DNA of 64,000 bases, taken from NCBI GenBank assembly GCA_034926015.1, contig JAYFRI010000077.1:27730-91729 (forward strand). Direction: 5' to 3'. This document shows, piece after piece, positions 9,748 through 19,640 of the stretch. Each line of letters begins with the position of its first letter. The first letter of the stretch is position 1. The notes under the pieces were generated by a model. The model saw nothing but the letters and a program-made list of their open reading frames with translations. It did no database searches and was not told the origin of the DNA. Origin of the DNA: Paludibacter sp. Lineage in GTDB: Bacteria > Bacteroidota > Bacteroidia > Bacteroidales > Paludibacteraceae. The position numbers were made by a program, and so were the translations under genes.

Positions 9748-11688
9748 CTAGTATTTATTCACCAAAGCATCCACTTCATCAGTCACAAGTTTAGCAAACT
9801 CAGCCACTTTCATAGTGCCTTTGTCACCTTCGCCCTGACGACGTACCGATACTTCGCCGTTTTCAGCTTCTTTCTCGCCTACGATAAGCATAAAAGGAAT
9901 GCGTTTTAATTCGTTATCACGTATTTTACGACCAATCTTTTCATTCCGATCATCTACCTGTACACGAACATCTTGAGAGTTCAGTTCTTTCGCAATTTCG
10001 AAAGCATAATCGTTAAATTTTTCGCTAATTGGCAATACTACCACCTGATCGGGCGTTAACCACAGCGGGAATTTACCGGCTGTGTGCTCAATGAGTACTG
10101 CAACGAAACGTTCCATAGAACCAAACGGTGCACGGTGAATCATTACCGGACGATGTTTTGCATTATCGTCACCGGTATATTCCAGTTCAAAACGCTCAGG
10201 CAAGTTATAATCCACCTGAATAGTTCCTAACTGCCATTTACGACCGATAGCATCGCGCACCATAAAGTCGAGTTTAGGGCCGTAGAATGCTGCTTCGCCG
10301 GTTTCCACTTTTGCTTTCAAACCTTTCTCGGCACAAGCTTCGATGATAGATTGTTCTGCTTTTTCCCAATTTTCGTCTGAACCAATGTATTTCTCACGGT
10401 TGTTAGGGTCGCGCAACGAAATCTGTGCTTCGAAGTTTTCGAATTCCAACGCATTGAAAATAATAAAGATGATGTCCATTACTTTCAAAAACTCGTCTTT
10501 CACCTGATCGGGGCGACAGAAAATATGCGCATCATCCTGCGTAAAGCTACGTACACGGGTCAAACCATGAAGCTCACCGCTTTGCTCGTAACGATACACG
10601 GTACCAAACTCAGCCAGACGAACCGGCAGATCTTTGTACGAACGTGGTTTGAACTTGTATATTTCGCAGTGGTGCGGACAGTTCATTGGTTTCAACAGAT
10701 ATTCTTCGCCTTCTTCGGGTGTATGAATAGGTTGGAACGAGTCTTTTCCGTATTTGGCGTAGTGACCGGAAGTCACATACAATTGTTTATTTCCAATGTG
10801 CGGAGTCATTACCTGTTGGTAATCGAATCGGCGTTGAATTTTCTTCAAAAAATCTTCCAATCTCAAACGTAAAGCTGTTCCGCGCGGCAACCACATCGGA
10901 AGTCCTTTTCCCACCATTTCGGAGAACATAAACAATTCCAGTTCGCGCCCTATCTTGCGGTGATCACGTTTTTTGGCTTCTTCCAAAAGTACAAGATATT
11001 CATCAAGCATTTTCTTTTTAGGGAAAGTGATGCCATAAATACGGGTAAGCATTTTTCGTTTTTCGTCACCTCTCCAGTAAGCTCCGGCTACGCTCAACAG
11101 CTTGATAGCTTTAATTTCGCCGGTATTTGGCAAGTGTGGTCCACGGCAAAGATCGGTAAAATTACCCTGTGAATACAAGGTAATAGTTCCATCTTCTAAA
11201 GCACTGATCAATTCCACTTTGTATTCGTCACCTTTATCTTCAAATTTTTTGAGCGCTTCGGCCTTGCTGATATCGGTACGAACAATTGCTTCTTTGCGTG
11301 CAGCCAGTTCTACCATCTTCGCTTCGATGGTGGGCAGGTCGCCTTCTTTAATTACTGCAGAACCCGGATCTACGTCGTAGTAGAAACCGTTTTCGATAGC
11401 CGGTCCGATACCGAATTTAATGCCCGGATACAATTCCTGAAGGGCTTCGGCCATAAGGTGAGCCGATGAGTGCCAATACGCATGTTTGGCTTCTTCATCG
11501 TCCCATTTGTGCAACTTAATGGCAGCATCGGTTTCGATCGGGCGGCTAAGGTCCCAGATTTGTTCGTTTACTGTGATGGCAAGCACCTCTTGTGCAAGTC
11601 GTGAGCTGATACTTTCAGCCAGTTGAAGTCCGGTAATGCCTTTGGCAAATTCGCGTACCGAACCGTCGGGGAATGTTACTTTAATCAT
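9748..11688 (-). CDS. thrS: threonine--tRNA ligase
   Basis: 646 aa. TGS domain start [20 protein letters not shown] editing motif and class II core ([24 protein letters not shown]). Confidence 0.97.
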   Translation of the reverse strand: MIKVTFPDGSVREFAKGITGLQLAESISSRLAQEVLAITVNEQIWDLSRPIETDAAIKLHKWDDEEAKHAYWHSSAHLMAEALQELYPGIKFGIGPAIENGFYYDVDPGSAVIKEGDLPTIEAKMVELAARKEAIVRTDISKAEALKKFEDKGDEYKVELISALEDGTITLYSQGNFTDLCRGPHLPNTGEIKAIKLLSVAGAYWRGDEKRKMLTRIYGITFPKKKMLDEYLVLLEEAKKRDHRKIGRELELFMFSEMVGKGLPMWLPRGTALRLRLEDFLKKIQRRFDYQQVMTPHIGNKQLYVTSGHYAKYGKDSFQPIHTPEEGEEYLLKPMNCPHHCEIYKFKPRSYKDLPVRLAEFGTVYRYEQSGELHGLTRVRSFTQDDAHIFCRPDQVKDEFLKVMDIIFIIFNALEFENFEAQISLRDPNNREKYIGSDENWEKAEQSIIEACAEKGLKAKVETGEAAFYGPKLDFMVRDAIGRKWQLGTIQVDYNLPERFELEYTGDDNAKHRPVMIHRAPFGSMERFVAVLIEHTAGKFPLWLTPDQVVVLPISEKFNDYAFEIAKELNSQDVRVQVDDRNEKIGRKIRDNELKRIPFMLIVGEKEAENGEVSVRRQGEGDKGTMKVAEFAKLVTDEVDALVNKY

Positions 11689-11729
11689 GTTTTTTGAACC
11701 TTACAAATGGTTTTTTAATTTTTGAGTTG

Positions 11730-11737
11730 CAAAGATA
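11730..11737 (-). promoter_or_regulatory. -7 box (TATCTTTG on the minus strand) upstream of thrS
   Basis: TAnnTTTG match about 42 nt upstream of the ATG. Confidence 0.45.
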
Positions 11738-11823
11738 AGATTTTTTAGCCGTTCTTGTATGATGTTGGAATCACAAACATTTACTTAAAATTACATATTA
11801 CAAAAAATAGAGATATTGTCAGC

Positions 11824-12885
11824 TTATTTTATCGTCACCATGGTTGCTCCAAATCCGTACTCACGAAACGAAGCATCCTGGAAATAATAGCTTTTATAGC
11901 GTGTTTTCAATAGTTTTTCCAATTCTTTGCGCAACACACCTTCGCCTTTTCCGTGAATAAAAACAATCTTTTGTCCTTTCCTGTTTTTATTTTCCTCAAT
12001 AACTGCATGAAATTTATCCAGTTGCACCTGTAGCATATCGGCATTGCTCAAGCCGGTGGTGCTATCGAGCAATTCGTTGATATGCAAATCCACTTCAATC
12101 ACATCGGGTGTCTGCGGACGTTTTATGATGCGTGGCCGTGCTGTTGTTTCCTCTTTCTGAAACATCGCCTTTTTGATTTCGTCGGGCGAAATATCCGACA
12201 ATTTCTGGTTTTCTTTTTCAGAAACGATATTCACCATCAGCGCCAAATCGTCGAAATAATCGTTGGCAACAAAACTATGAAGTTTATAGAAACGGACTAC
12301 ATTTATTTTTATTTTTGCATCAATTACTTCCTGAGGCACATAATTCTTAGCTATTTTCAACGGGATCAACTGCACACGAATTTGCTCCCAGGCGTTGAGT
12401 TGCTCCTTGGTGACCGAAGTTAATTCCTCCTGCGTATTGGGTTCTATCATTCCGTTGGCGACAGATTCCCACTGATCATTTTCGCCATTTACAATATTAT
12501 AGTACAGAAAATAGTTGCTATCGTTTATCAAATAACAATCATAAGCCGTAGTTTGCAATTGTTTGATATCAACAGGGAAAAAAGCAAGAAAAGCTTTGAG
12601 CGTTTCACCTTCGGGAGTCTCTATAATAGGTTGCGACCTCACCTCCAATACCTCTCCTTGAGAAGCTGGGAGCTGGGGCTCAGGCAATTTCGAAGAGAAA
12701 TCTTTTTTTATAAAATTAGTTTCTTTGTTGATTTCGCCAACAGACACACATTCGCGTTCGAGTACCGGAATTTCAAATCCATCTTCGTCCTCTACATATA
12801 TCAGTCGCTTCGCTTCATCGATACGGACCACTACTCCGCCACCTACAGCATTCAGAAAACGTACTGTATCACCTTTTTTTATCAT
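11824..12885 (-). CDS. DUF2027 / Smr (small MutS-related) domain protein
   Basis: C-terminal VDLHINELL...IVFIHGKGEGVLRKEL is the Smr signature. N-terminal MIKKGDTVRFLNAVGGGVV is typical of the Bacteroidota DUF2027-Smr family. Confidence 0.75.
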   Translation of the reverse strand: MIKKGDTVRFLNAVGGGVVVRIDEAKRLIYVEDEDGFEIPVLERECVSVGEINKETNFIKKDFSSKLPEPQLPASQGEVLEVRSQPIIETPEGETLKAFLAFFPVDIKQLQTTAYDCYLINDSNYFLYYNIVNGENDQWESVANGMIEPNTQEELTSVTKEQLNAWEQIRVQLIPLKIAKNYVPQEVIDAKIKINVVRFYKLHSFVANDYFDDLALMVNIVSEKENQKLSDISPDEIKKAMFQKEETTARPRIIKRPQTPDVIEVDLHINELLDSTTGLSNADMLQVQLDKFHAVIEENKNRKGQKIVFIHGKGEGVLRKELEKLLKTRYKSYYFQDASFREYGFGATMVTIK

Positions 12886-12963
12886 CGTATTTTTTATTTT
12901 TTACCTAATCGTTTAATAATCTGACAATATAACTCACCAATTGGCACTTTAAAGCTTTTTAGT

Positions 12964-12971
12964 TACTTTTG
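12964..12971 (+). promoter_or_regulatory. -7 box TACTTTTG upstream of queA
   Basis: Exact TAnnTTTG. It overlaps the TTG start used by the ORF track, which argues for a downstream start. Confidence 0.45.
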
Positions 12972-13004
12972 CACAAAAATACAACAATTTTTTCGGTAAG
13001 CCAC

Positions 13005-14231
13005 GTGAACCTAACAAAAGACAACAGCCCGATTTATATCGACGAATATAATTATCCTCTTCCTGATGAGCGCATTGCTAAATATCCTCTGACAAAACGG
13101 GATGCATCTAAATTATTGGTTTATAAAAATGGCGAAATCACCGAAAGTGTGTTTTCTTCCATTTCTGACTTTTTGCCCCACAATGCGCTCCTGGTTTACA
13201 ACAACACAAGGGTGATACAAGCCCGACTTCTTTTTAAAAAAGATACAGGCGCCCATATCGAGGTTTTCTGTCTGGAACCGTTACAACCTGCCGATTATGC
13301 ACAATCGCTGGGCTCAACTACCGAATGCGTTTGGAAATGTATGATAGGCAACCTAAAAAAATGGAAAGAAGGCAAGCTGAGCAAACAAATAGAATTGGCA
13401 GGTGAGAAATGTACATTTACTGCCGAACGACTTCAGACCGAAGGCAATACCCACTGCGTAAAGTTCAGTTGGGACAATGCCGCAATTCATTTTGCCGATA
13501 TACTCGAAAATGCAGGCGAATTGCCTATTCCGCCTTATTTGCATCGCAAAACCGAGGAAAGCGATCTGACCACCTACCAAACCGTTTATTCAAAAATCAA
13601 AGGTTCGGTGGCAGCTCCCACAGCCGGATTGCACTTTACCGAAGATGTTTTTGAGGGCCTGAAACCCAAACAGATTACAATAGAAGAAGTAACGCTCCAT
13701 GTAGGCGCCGGCACTTTTCAGCCTGTAAAAACACGCGACATTGCCGAACACCACATGCATACCGAAGTGATCTCGGTTCAACGCAGCACAATAGAAAATC
13801 TATTGAAGCAATTGGGCAATATCGTCGCAGTGGGAACAACCTCGGTAAGGACTTTGGAGAGTTTGTATTATATAGGATCTAGCCCCCTAAATCCCCCAAA
13901 GGGGGACTTACATGTTCTACACGTAGATCAATGGGCTCCATATCAGACAAAAGACAAGCTTACAACACGGGAGGCTCTACAAAACATCATTGATTACTTA
14001 GAAACTAACAACCTGACTACGCTTCATGCCGAAACGCAGATAATGATAAAACCGGGCTATAAATTTCGTGTAGTGGATGGTATGATTACTAACTTTCATC
14101 AACCTAAAAGCACCTTGCTTCTGCTTGTTTCGGCTTTTGTGGGTGGCAACTGGAAACAGATTTACGACTACGCGCTTGAAAATGATTTTCGTTTTCTGAG
14201 TTACGGCGACAGTTCGTTATTGTTAAAATAA
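13005..14231 (+). CDS. queA: S-adenosylmethionine:tRNA ribosyltransferase-isomerase (start uncertain; GTG 13005 proposed)
   Basis: YNYPLPDERIAKYP...APTAGLHFT...VGTTSVRTLES...NFHQPKSTLLLLVSAF are QueA motifs. Contains an in-frame repeat insert at 13882-13909. Confidence 0.9.
   Translation: MNLTKDNSPIYIDEYNYPLPDERIAKYPLTKRDASKLLVYKNGEITESVFSSISDFLPHNALLVYNNTRVIQARLLFKKDTGAHIEVFCLEPLQPADYAQSLGSTTECVWKCMIGNLKKWKEGKLSKQIELAGEKCTFTAERLQTEGNTHCVKFSWDNAAIHFADILENAGELPIPPYLHRKTEESDLTTYQTVYSKIKGSVAAPTAGLHFTEDVFEGLKPKQITIEEVTLHVGAGTFQPVKTRDIAEHHMHTEVISVQRSTIENLLKQLGNIVAVGTTSVRTLESLYYIGSSPLNPPKGDLHVLHVDQWAPYQTKDKLTTREALQNIIDYLETNNLTTLHAETQIMIKPGYKFRVVDGMITNFHQPKSTLLLLVSAFVGGNWKQIYDYALENDFRFLSYGDSSLLLK
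13882..13909 (+). repeat. solo arm of the GC-rich palindromic family inserted in frame inside queA
   Basis: GCCCCCTAAATCCCCCAAAGGGGGACTT, translated as SPLNPPKGDL. Confidence 0.9.
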
Positions 14232-14341
14232 ATCATTCTATTTTTCTCTTGCACAACCCTTGTGTTTTTCGTGTTTTTGCGTAACATTTCATCAAATCCA
14301 TAATTTACAAGGATTTTACTTTATGGAAAAAATTATCATTA

Positions 14342-14501
14342 CTCTCCCCCTCGTTTGCAACGAGGGGTAAATGGTAAAGCGTTTTAAACGCAAAAAAGAT
14401 AGTTTTATAATTAAAAATTGAAATATATCATCAGAAAATTACATATCTCTTTGTTATAAACAAACAACCATAAAACCCCTCGTTGCAAACGAGGGGGAGA
14501 G
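14342..14501 (+). mobile_element. MITE-like element, copy A (160 bp, hairpin-forming terminal inverted repeats)
   Basis: Ends are CTCTCCCCCTCGTTTGCAACGAGGGGT and ACCCCTCGTTGCAAACGAGGGGGAG. No ORF. Near-identical copy at 15528-15883. Confidence 0.8.
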
Positions 14502-14570
14502 CCGATAAATTTAAAGAATATATTTTTGATTGGAAGATAAACCTACAGTTCTATGGCGATCTTTCAATAG

Positions 14571-15080
14571 CTATTTTACTTTATTATAGATATTATCTGT
14601 CCCAAATGGGAAATCGACATTTGTAAATTTAATTTGATTATTATTGATTATAATGATTTTGTATTTTTCAAATGAACTATTTAGATTAATTGTCTTATCG
14701 CTATTCAAGTGATAAAGTGTTACATCTATTCCATTTGAATCAATAATATATGCTCGTGTATATTTTGTATTGTCGTTGTTGTTAACGTGTGTATAATAAT
14801 ATTCACAAAAGCCATGTATGGTCATTTCTTTAGTTTCTCCATAAATATTTTTACCTATTATTGTCTCAGGTTTATCTATGTATGTCTCAGTAAAATTAAA
14901 TGTTGTTGTTGTCCCAATTATGTCAGGGTTCGAAATAAATGAACCATTTAGTACTTGAAGTACTTTCAATTGCTCAACTGTAAATGGACTCTTTATTTCC
15001 TCCTCATTTTTTGAACAGCCTAAAAAAAGAGTTAATACGATTACATTAGTGATCAATGCAGTTAAAAATGTATTTTTCAT
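14571..15080 (-). CDS. lipoprotein, function unknown
   Basis: Signal peptide plus lipobox (LTLFLGC-SKNEEE). Very AT-rich codon usage. Confidence 0.6.
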   Translation of the reverse strand: MKNTFLTALITNVIVLTLFLGCSKNEEEIKSPFTVEQLKVLQVLNGSFISNPDIIGTTTTFNFTETYIDKPETIIGKNIYGETKEMTIHGFCEYYYTHVNNNDNTKYTRAYIIDSNGIDVTLYHLNSDKTINLNSSFEKYKIIIINNNQIKFTNVDFPFGTDNIYNKVK

Positions 15081-15204
15081 ATTTTTATTGAGGGCTTATA
15101 TCCCATTCCTCCGATCGGTTGTTTACTTGTTATTCGTTTTCTTTCATTATTATCATATACGATAACCACACTGCAAATATATAATATTTTCTTTGTTATC
15201 ACAA

Positions 15205-15438
15205 ATGATAATAAAAAAAGTGAACGAATTTCAAATTTACATATTGATAGGCAAGAAGATTCGAGAAGTAAGAGAAAGTAAAGGGATTTCTCAACAAGAG
15301 CTTGCAGATCGTTGTAATTTTGAGAAATCAAATATGTCGAGAATTGAGGCTGGACGGACTAATTTAACTTTAAAATCATTGTTTCTTATTAGTAAGTCTT
15401 TAGATGTCCCTTTGAAATTATTTTTTGACATAGACTAA
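15205..15438 (+). CDS. XRE-family helix-turn-helix transcriptional regulator
   Basis: IGKKIREVRESKGISQQELADRCNFEKSNMSRIEAGRTNLTLKSL is a canonical HTH_3/Cro-C1 pattern. Confidence 0.85.
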   Translation: MIIKKVNEFQIYILIGKKIREVRESKGISQQELADRCNFEKSNMSRIEAGRTNLTLKSLFLISKSLDVPLKLFFDID

Positions 15439-15527
15439 AAGAAACACCATTTAATTATTACAACTGCACTAAATTTAACTGTTAAATTTATAACTTAAAA
15501 CAAAAAACCCGCTTAGTTATTCACTTA

Positions 15528-15883
15528 CACTCCCCCTCGTTTGCAACGAGGGGTAAATGGTAAAGCGTTTTAAACGCAAAAAAGATAGTTTTATAATTCT
15601 ACTTTACCACAATAAAATATTAACCACAAAAGGATACAAAAGAATCACAAAAGGAAGAAAATTAAATTAGTCATGATACAAAAAACACATTTTCATTGTT
15701 GAGAATTATTTCTTTTGTTGACTTTTGTATCTTTTTGTGGTTCAACTATCATTAAAAATTTGATTGTGTTTTAATTTAGTAAAGTAGAAATAATTAAAAA
15801 CTGAAATATATCATCAGAAAATTACATATCTCTTTGTTATAAACAAACAACCATAAACCCCTCGTTGCAAACGAGGGGGAGAG
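15528..15883 (+). mobile_element. MITE-like element, copy B (same family and orientation as copy A, carrying a nested insertion)
   Basis: Colinear with copy A apart from a 189-bp insert at 15599-15787. Confidence 0.8.
15599..15787. mobile_element. second MITE family nested inside copy B
   Basis: Termini CTACTTTAC / GTAAAGTAG. Subterminal inverted repeats CCACAAAAGGATACAAAAG.. / ..CTTTTGTATCTTTTTGTGG. ATAATT is duplicated on both sides (putative TSD). Absent from copy A. Confidence 0.75.
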
Positions 15884-15929
15884 CCGTTAGCTCATTAGTA
15901 TTTTCATAACAATTGAAAAACAAGCTTTC

Positions 15930-16700
15930 ATGAAAAACATCTTACAATCAAATATTTTTTTGAATATGAAACACATTTTTATATCCATCATTTCATTAGT
16001 CATATCAATCATCGCAATTGGGTTATGCACTATTCAGGTAACACCTTCATATTCAATAAACGAGCAAACCTACATAGGAATCATTGCAACATTAATTGGA
16101 GTGCTTGTTACTTTTGTTGTTGGTTATCAAATTTTAAACACCCTAACATTCAAAGATGATATGAGAAAATTTGAAGAAAAAACAAAGGAGATTGACAAAC
16201 TCAAGGACGAACTCTATTTATTAGAAAATAAGTTAAAAGAGAACTTTGAATTGTCATCCATCCGCTTGGAATATAGCAGTGAAGGCTGGACTTATAGTGG
16301 CGAAGGGTTTAAAAGAACTCATAAAATGTTGATTTATTCTTTGAATTGTAAGAGAGATGATTATACTGAGATATATGGCCTTTTAAGAACTTTTATTTCA
16401 GAACTAAACACAAGAAGTTTATTTGGACCTGGTTGGGTATTAAACACATCTAAGGATACTACTAATCATTCTATTAACTCTATTAATGAGGGTAGAAAGT
16501 TATTAGCTGATGCAATAAACGAATACGATATGGAAATTAAGAAAGATCAAAAAATAATCCGTAATCATGATAATTTTGGACAGATACGTTCAGAGTATGA
16601 AAGAATAATGAAAAGATATCTGAAAAGAATTGAAGAGTATAGAAATGAGCCTGCAAAAACTCTTTCTCAACAAGATAAAGATGAGTATCTAAAAGATTAG
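15930..16700 (+). CDS. 2-TM membrane protein with cytoplasmic coiled-coil/helical domain, function unknown (start may be 15966)
   Basis: Two N-terminal hydrophobic helices, then KFEEKTKEIDKLKDELYLLENKLKE heptad-like region. Confidence 0.6.
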   Translation: MKNILQSNIFLNMKHIFISIISLVISIIAIGLCTIQVTPSYSINEQTYIGIIATLIGVLVTFVVGYQILNTLTFKDDMRKFEEKTKEIDKLKDELYLLENKLKENFELSSIRLEYSSEGWTYSGEGFKRTHKMLIYSLNCKRDDYTEIYGLLRTFISELNTRSLFGPGWVLNTSKDTTNHSINSINEGRKLLADAINEYDMEIKKDQKIIRNHDNFGQIRSEYERIMKRYLKRIEEYRNEPAKTLSQQDKDEYLKD

Positions 16701-16797
16701 ATAAATCAACACTATAATAAAACTCTACATAGTGTAAGTCTCAGCGAATCGTGGACTTGTGCTGATAACCTTTTCACTCCACTTCCACATTTTAATT

Positions 16798-18366
16798 TTA
16801 ACTCAAAAGACTTTCAGGAAACTTTGATTCATTTACTATTGATTCATTTATTGTCTGAAGCTGTTTTAAAACTGTCATGGTCTCTCTGTATTCTCTTGCC
16901 TCTGCTACTTTTGTGAATTCAATTTCAGCGTTTGCATGTTCTTTCACAAATTCTTCAATTTCTTCAAGACTCACCTGAAAAAATTCCTTTCTTCTATTTA
17001 CGCGATTAATACGCTTGTCATTAAACTTTTTGTGTAGTTCATATTCTAATTGTGGAGCATTTTCGGAAAATATGGTAGCATGAACATCAAATCTAAATGG
17101 AACAGAAGCATTACTTAATTCATCAACCCTATCTTTCGGGTCAAGTCTACGAGTCATACCAATTTTATAAATATCTTCTCCCAGAGTACCTATATTTGAA
17201 ATGACATAAATATATCCAACTTTTGTAGTTTGAGCTAAAGCAATAGCTCTTTCTTTCTTCTCTTGAGCTTCCTTTATTTGAGCCTCTAATTCTTTAACTT
17301 TAGCATTAAGCGCATCAACTTCACTCGGTGTCACGATTCCAAATTTCTGTTTGACTTTTTCTAATGCTTTTTGTAAGTATCTTTCTTCTTCTTCGGCTTC
17401 ACGTTCGGCTTTCTCGTAGTCTCTGAGTGCTTTTTCTTCTTCTCTAATTTGCTCACGTATTCTTTTCTGTTCTTCTTTTTCTTCGTATTTTTTAAGCTGA
17501 TATTCATAATTCAACTGTAACTCTTCCAACTTTAAATAAAGAAATTCTTTTTGGATTTCAAGAGAGTCAACAACACCAAACTGATTTAATTTTTCAAATG
17601 TTTTAATGATTCGTTCTTTTGACTTTTCGACATTATTCCATTTAACCCTTGAAATTAGGCTATTGCATTCGCCATTAAATGCTAACAACCATAATTTCTT
17701 ATGCTTTTTGGTCATTCGACGTCCCTCGGCCACGCTATTGTTTACAGTCCATTCAATACGACACAATATCGCTTTGTCTTCATCAATTAATGCTTTTTGC
17801 TTCTCAAAGTTAGATAAAATTTCATTTTTAAATACTTCTGTATCATCGTAATTAAATCTTGGTTGATAAAGACCAAAAGAGCCAATTTCAATAGTATCTT
17901 TGAAAATTTCAATCTCTTGATTTAAGCTGTTATAAATACTCAATCCTTCGAGATATTTTTCATTCAGTTCAATTCTTGCACTAATCAGATCATTCAATGC
18001 AATTTTCTTTTTTTCAAATTCTATGTCGTGTTCTATATATAGAGAGTACTTTGAATTTAATTCATCATTTCTTTGCTTAAGATCTTTATTTTCTGAATTG
18101 ACTTTTTGTAATTCAATATTTAACAATAAAATACTATCCTCCTTTTCTTTTAAAGATTCTTTTAGAGAACATAACTCTTCTTCTTTCTCTATAAGAAGCT
18201 TGGTCTTTTCATCAACTTTTTGCTTTAATGCTTGATTTTCCGAGTTGACTTTTTGTAATTCAATATCCAACAACGAAATACGACCCTCCTTTTCTTTTAA
18301 GGTTTCGTTTAGTGAACACAGTTCTTCGTCTTTCTGTATAAGAAGCTTGGCCTTTTTGTAAAACAT
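16798..18366 (-). CDS. DUF4041 coiled-coil protein with C-terminal T5orf172 (GIY-YIG-like) domain
   Basis: C-terminus GYIYVISN..IYKIGMTRRLDPKDRVDELSNASVPFRFDVHA...LEYELHKKF...RKEFFQV matches the T5orf172 pattern. Long Glu/Lys coiled coil upstream. Confidence 0.8.
   Translation of the reverse strand: MFYKKAKLLIQKDEELCSLNETLKEKEGRISLLDIELQKVNSENQALKQKVDEKTKLLIEKEEELCSLKESLKEKEDSILLLNIELQKVNSENKDLKQRNDELNSKYSLYIEHDIEFEKKKIALNDLISARIELNEKYLEGLSIYNSLNQEIEIFKDTIEIGSFGLYQPRFNYDDTEVFKNEILSNFEKQKALIDEDKAILCRIEWTVNNSVAEGRRMTKKHKKLWLLAFNGECNSLISRVKWNNVEKSKERIIKTFEKLNQFGVVDSLEIQKEFLYLKLEELQLNYEYQLKKYEEKEEQKRIREQIREEEKALRDYEKAEREAEEEERYLQKALEKVKQKFGIVTPSEVDALNAKVKELEAQIKEAQEKKERAIALAQTTKVGYIYVISNIGTLGEDIYKIGMTRRLDPKDRVDELSNASVPFRFDVHATIFSENAPQLEYELHKKFNDKRINRVNRRKEFFQVSLEEIEEFVKEHANAEIEFTKVAEAREYRETMTVLKQLQTINESIVNESKFPESLLS
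18052..18345 (-). repeat. 2 x 147-bp in-frame tandem duplication inside the DUF4041 gene
   Basis: Residues 8-56 (LLIQKDEELCSLNETLKEKEGRISLLDIELQKVNSENQALKQ..) repeat as 57-105 (LLIEKEEELCSLKESLKEKEDSILLLNIELQKVNSENKDLKQ..). Confidence 0.85.
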
Positions 18367-18488
18367 AATTTTCTAATTTAGATCTTAATTCCATTTCTCA
18401 AATAAAGTAATGTCCAACAACCAATATATCCCTAATTGCACACTTTGTTCATTCATAAGATATCATCTGCATTAATTCCCTGTAAACC

Positions 18489-19607
18489 TTAATCATTTTT
18501 GGAAGAATGGCGTTTTATTTTCAGTTTAAATACATCATTAAAATTTGGTTCCATATTATAATACATTATTTTTGAGTTCTGTGTTAGTTTTTTTACAATT
18601 TCTTTTTCTGTCTCAGTACATTTATAACCGAAATAGATAGCCTCAATTTCTGCATTTTCTTTCATAGGTAATGCAATAAAGTCTTCTTCGCAATCCGCAT
18701 TATACGATATAAGGCGAACTTCGTTTTCGTACGACCAATTATAATCTTTTCGTAGAAAGCCAGTAGCTATTGACATTTTCGGAACATTCAAATCAACTAT
18801 TTCATTTGGCTCTTCACCATAAACTATCTTTTTAAGACAAACATAAGGTTTATTCAACTCCGCTTTTCGCTTTGAACCTACAAAATCATTTTTAAGTCTA
18901 TACTTCACACAAATACCTTTGTGACCATTGGCATAATGTGACCACATTAGGATATTTTGTGGTATTGTATTATCTGATTTCATAGTATCAGTATTCGCAC
19001 AAAATGATCTGATTCTATAGTATTGATATGACTTTGCCAAATTGCGTAAATGTTTACTATACTTCTCGCTTTTGTTGTCTATATTTACATGTCTAAGATT
19101 ATTCTCATCAAGCCACATCATAACCAAACTGTCAAATGGGTCATTCATACATTTGGGCCTTACCAATGTAATTGTATCATTAGCCAAATCGGCATAAGTA
19201 TAATTATTACAGACTCTAAAACTGTAAACAACAACTCCCTTTTCTTCGTTTCCCTGAAAATCTGTTTCAATTTGAGATAAACAATATTGATATCTTCTGA
19301 AATAATGCATTGATTTTGTATCATCTAAATATGACCATATCTGACCAGCAAGGGGATAGAAAACTTTTGCATCTTCAACAAGTTTGTTTGTTATGTAATC
19401 AATAACAATCGGATCAGTTTTCAAATTAGCCTTACAACTAATTACATTTTCAAACTTGGTAACTAATTCATCAATAAAATCAGAAGCTTCTTTCATTTTC
19501 AAATCATCTTTATTTATTATTGCCTCTTTGAAAGTTGCGTTTGCACTTTCAAGCAACTGCATATATTGATGCCAATCAATATAATCGCTAATTATATTTT
19601 TATCCAT
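18489..19607 (-). CDS. DUF2971-family protein
   Basis: Motifs CMNDPFDS, MWSHYANGHKGICVKY and NWSYENEVRL match the DUF2971 pattern, with an extra N-terminal helical region of about 130 aa. Confidence 0.75.
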   Translation of the reverse strand: MDKNIISDYIDWHQYMQLLESANATFKEAIINKDDLKMKEASDFIDELVTKFENVISCKANLKTDPIVIDYITNKLVEDAKVFYPLAGQIWSYLDDTKSMHYFRRYQYCLSQIETDFQGNEEKGVVVYSFRVCNNYTYADLANDTITLVRPKCMNDPFDSLVMMWLDENNLRHVNIDNKSEKYSKHLRNLAKSYQYYRIRSFCANTDTMKSDNTIPQNILMWSHYANGHKGICVKYRLKNDFVGSKRKAELNKPYVCLKKIVYGEEPNEIVDLNVPKMSIATGFLRKDYNWSYENEVRLISYNADCEEDFIALPMKENAEIEAIYFGYKCTETEKEIVKKLTQNSKIMYYNMEPNFNDVFKLKIKRHSSKND

Positions 19608-19640
19608 AATATTATTTTGTCACATAAACCTATTCACCAA

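Noticed and set aside
15077-15331. An 84-aa minus-strand ORF overlapping the XRE gene start.
   Set aside because: It overlaps a clear HTH regulator on the other strand and its promoter region. No motif support.
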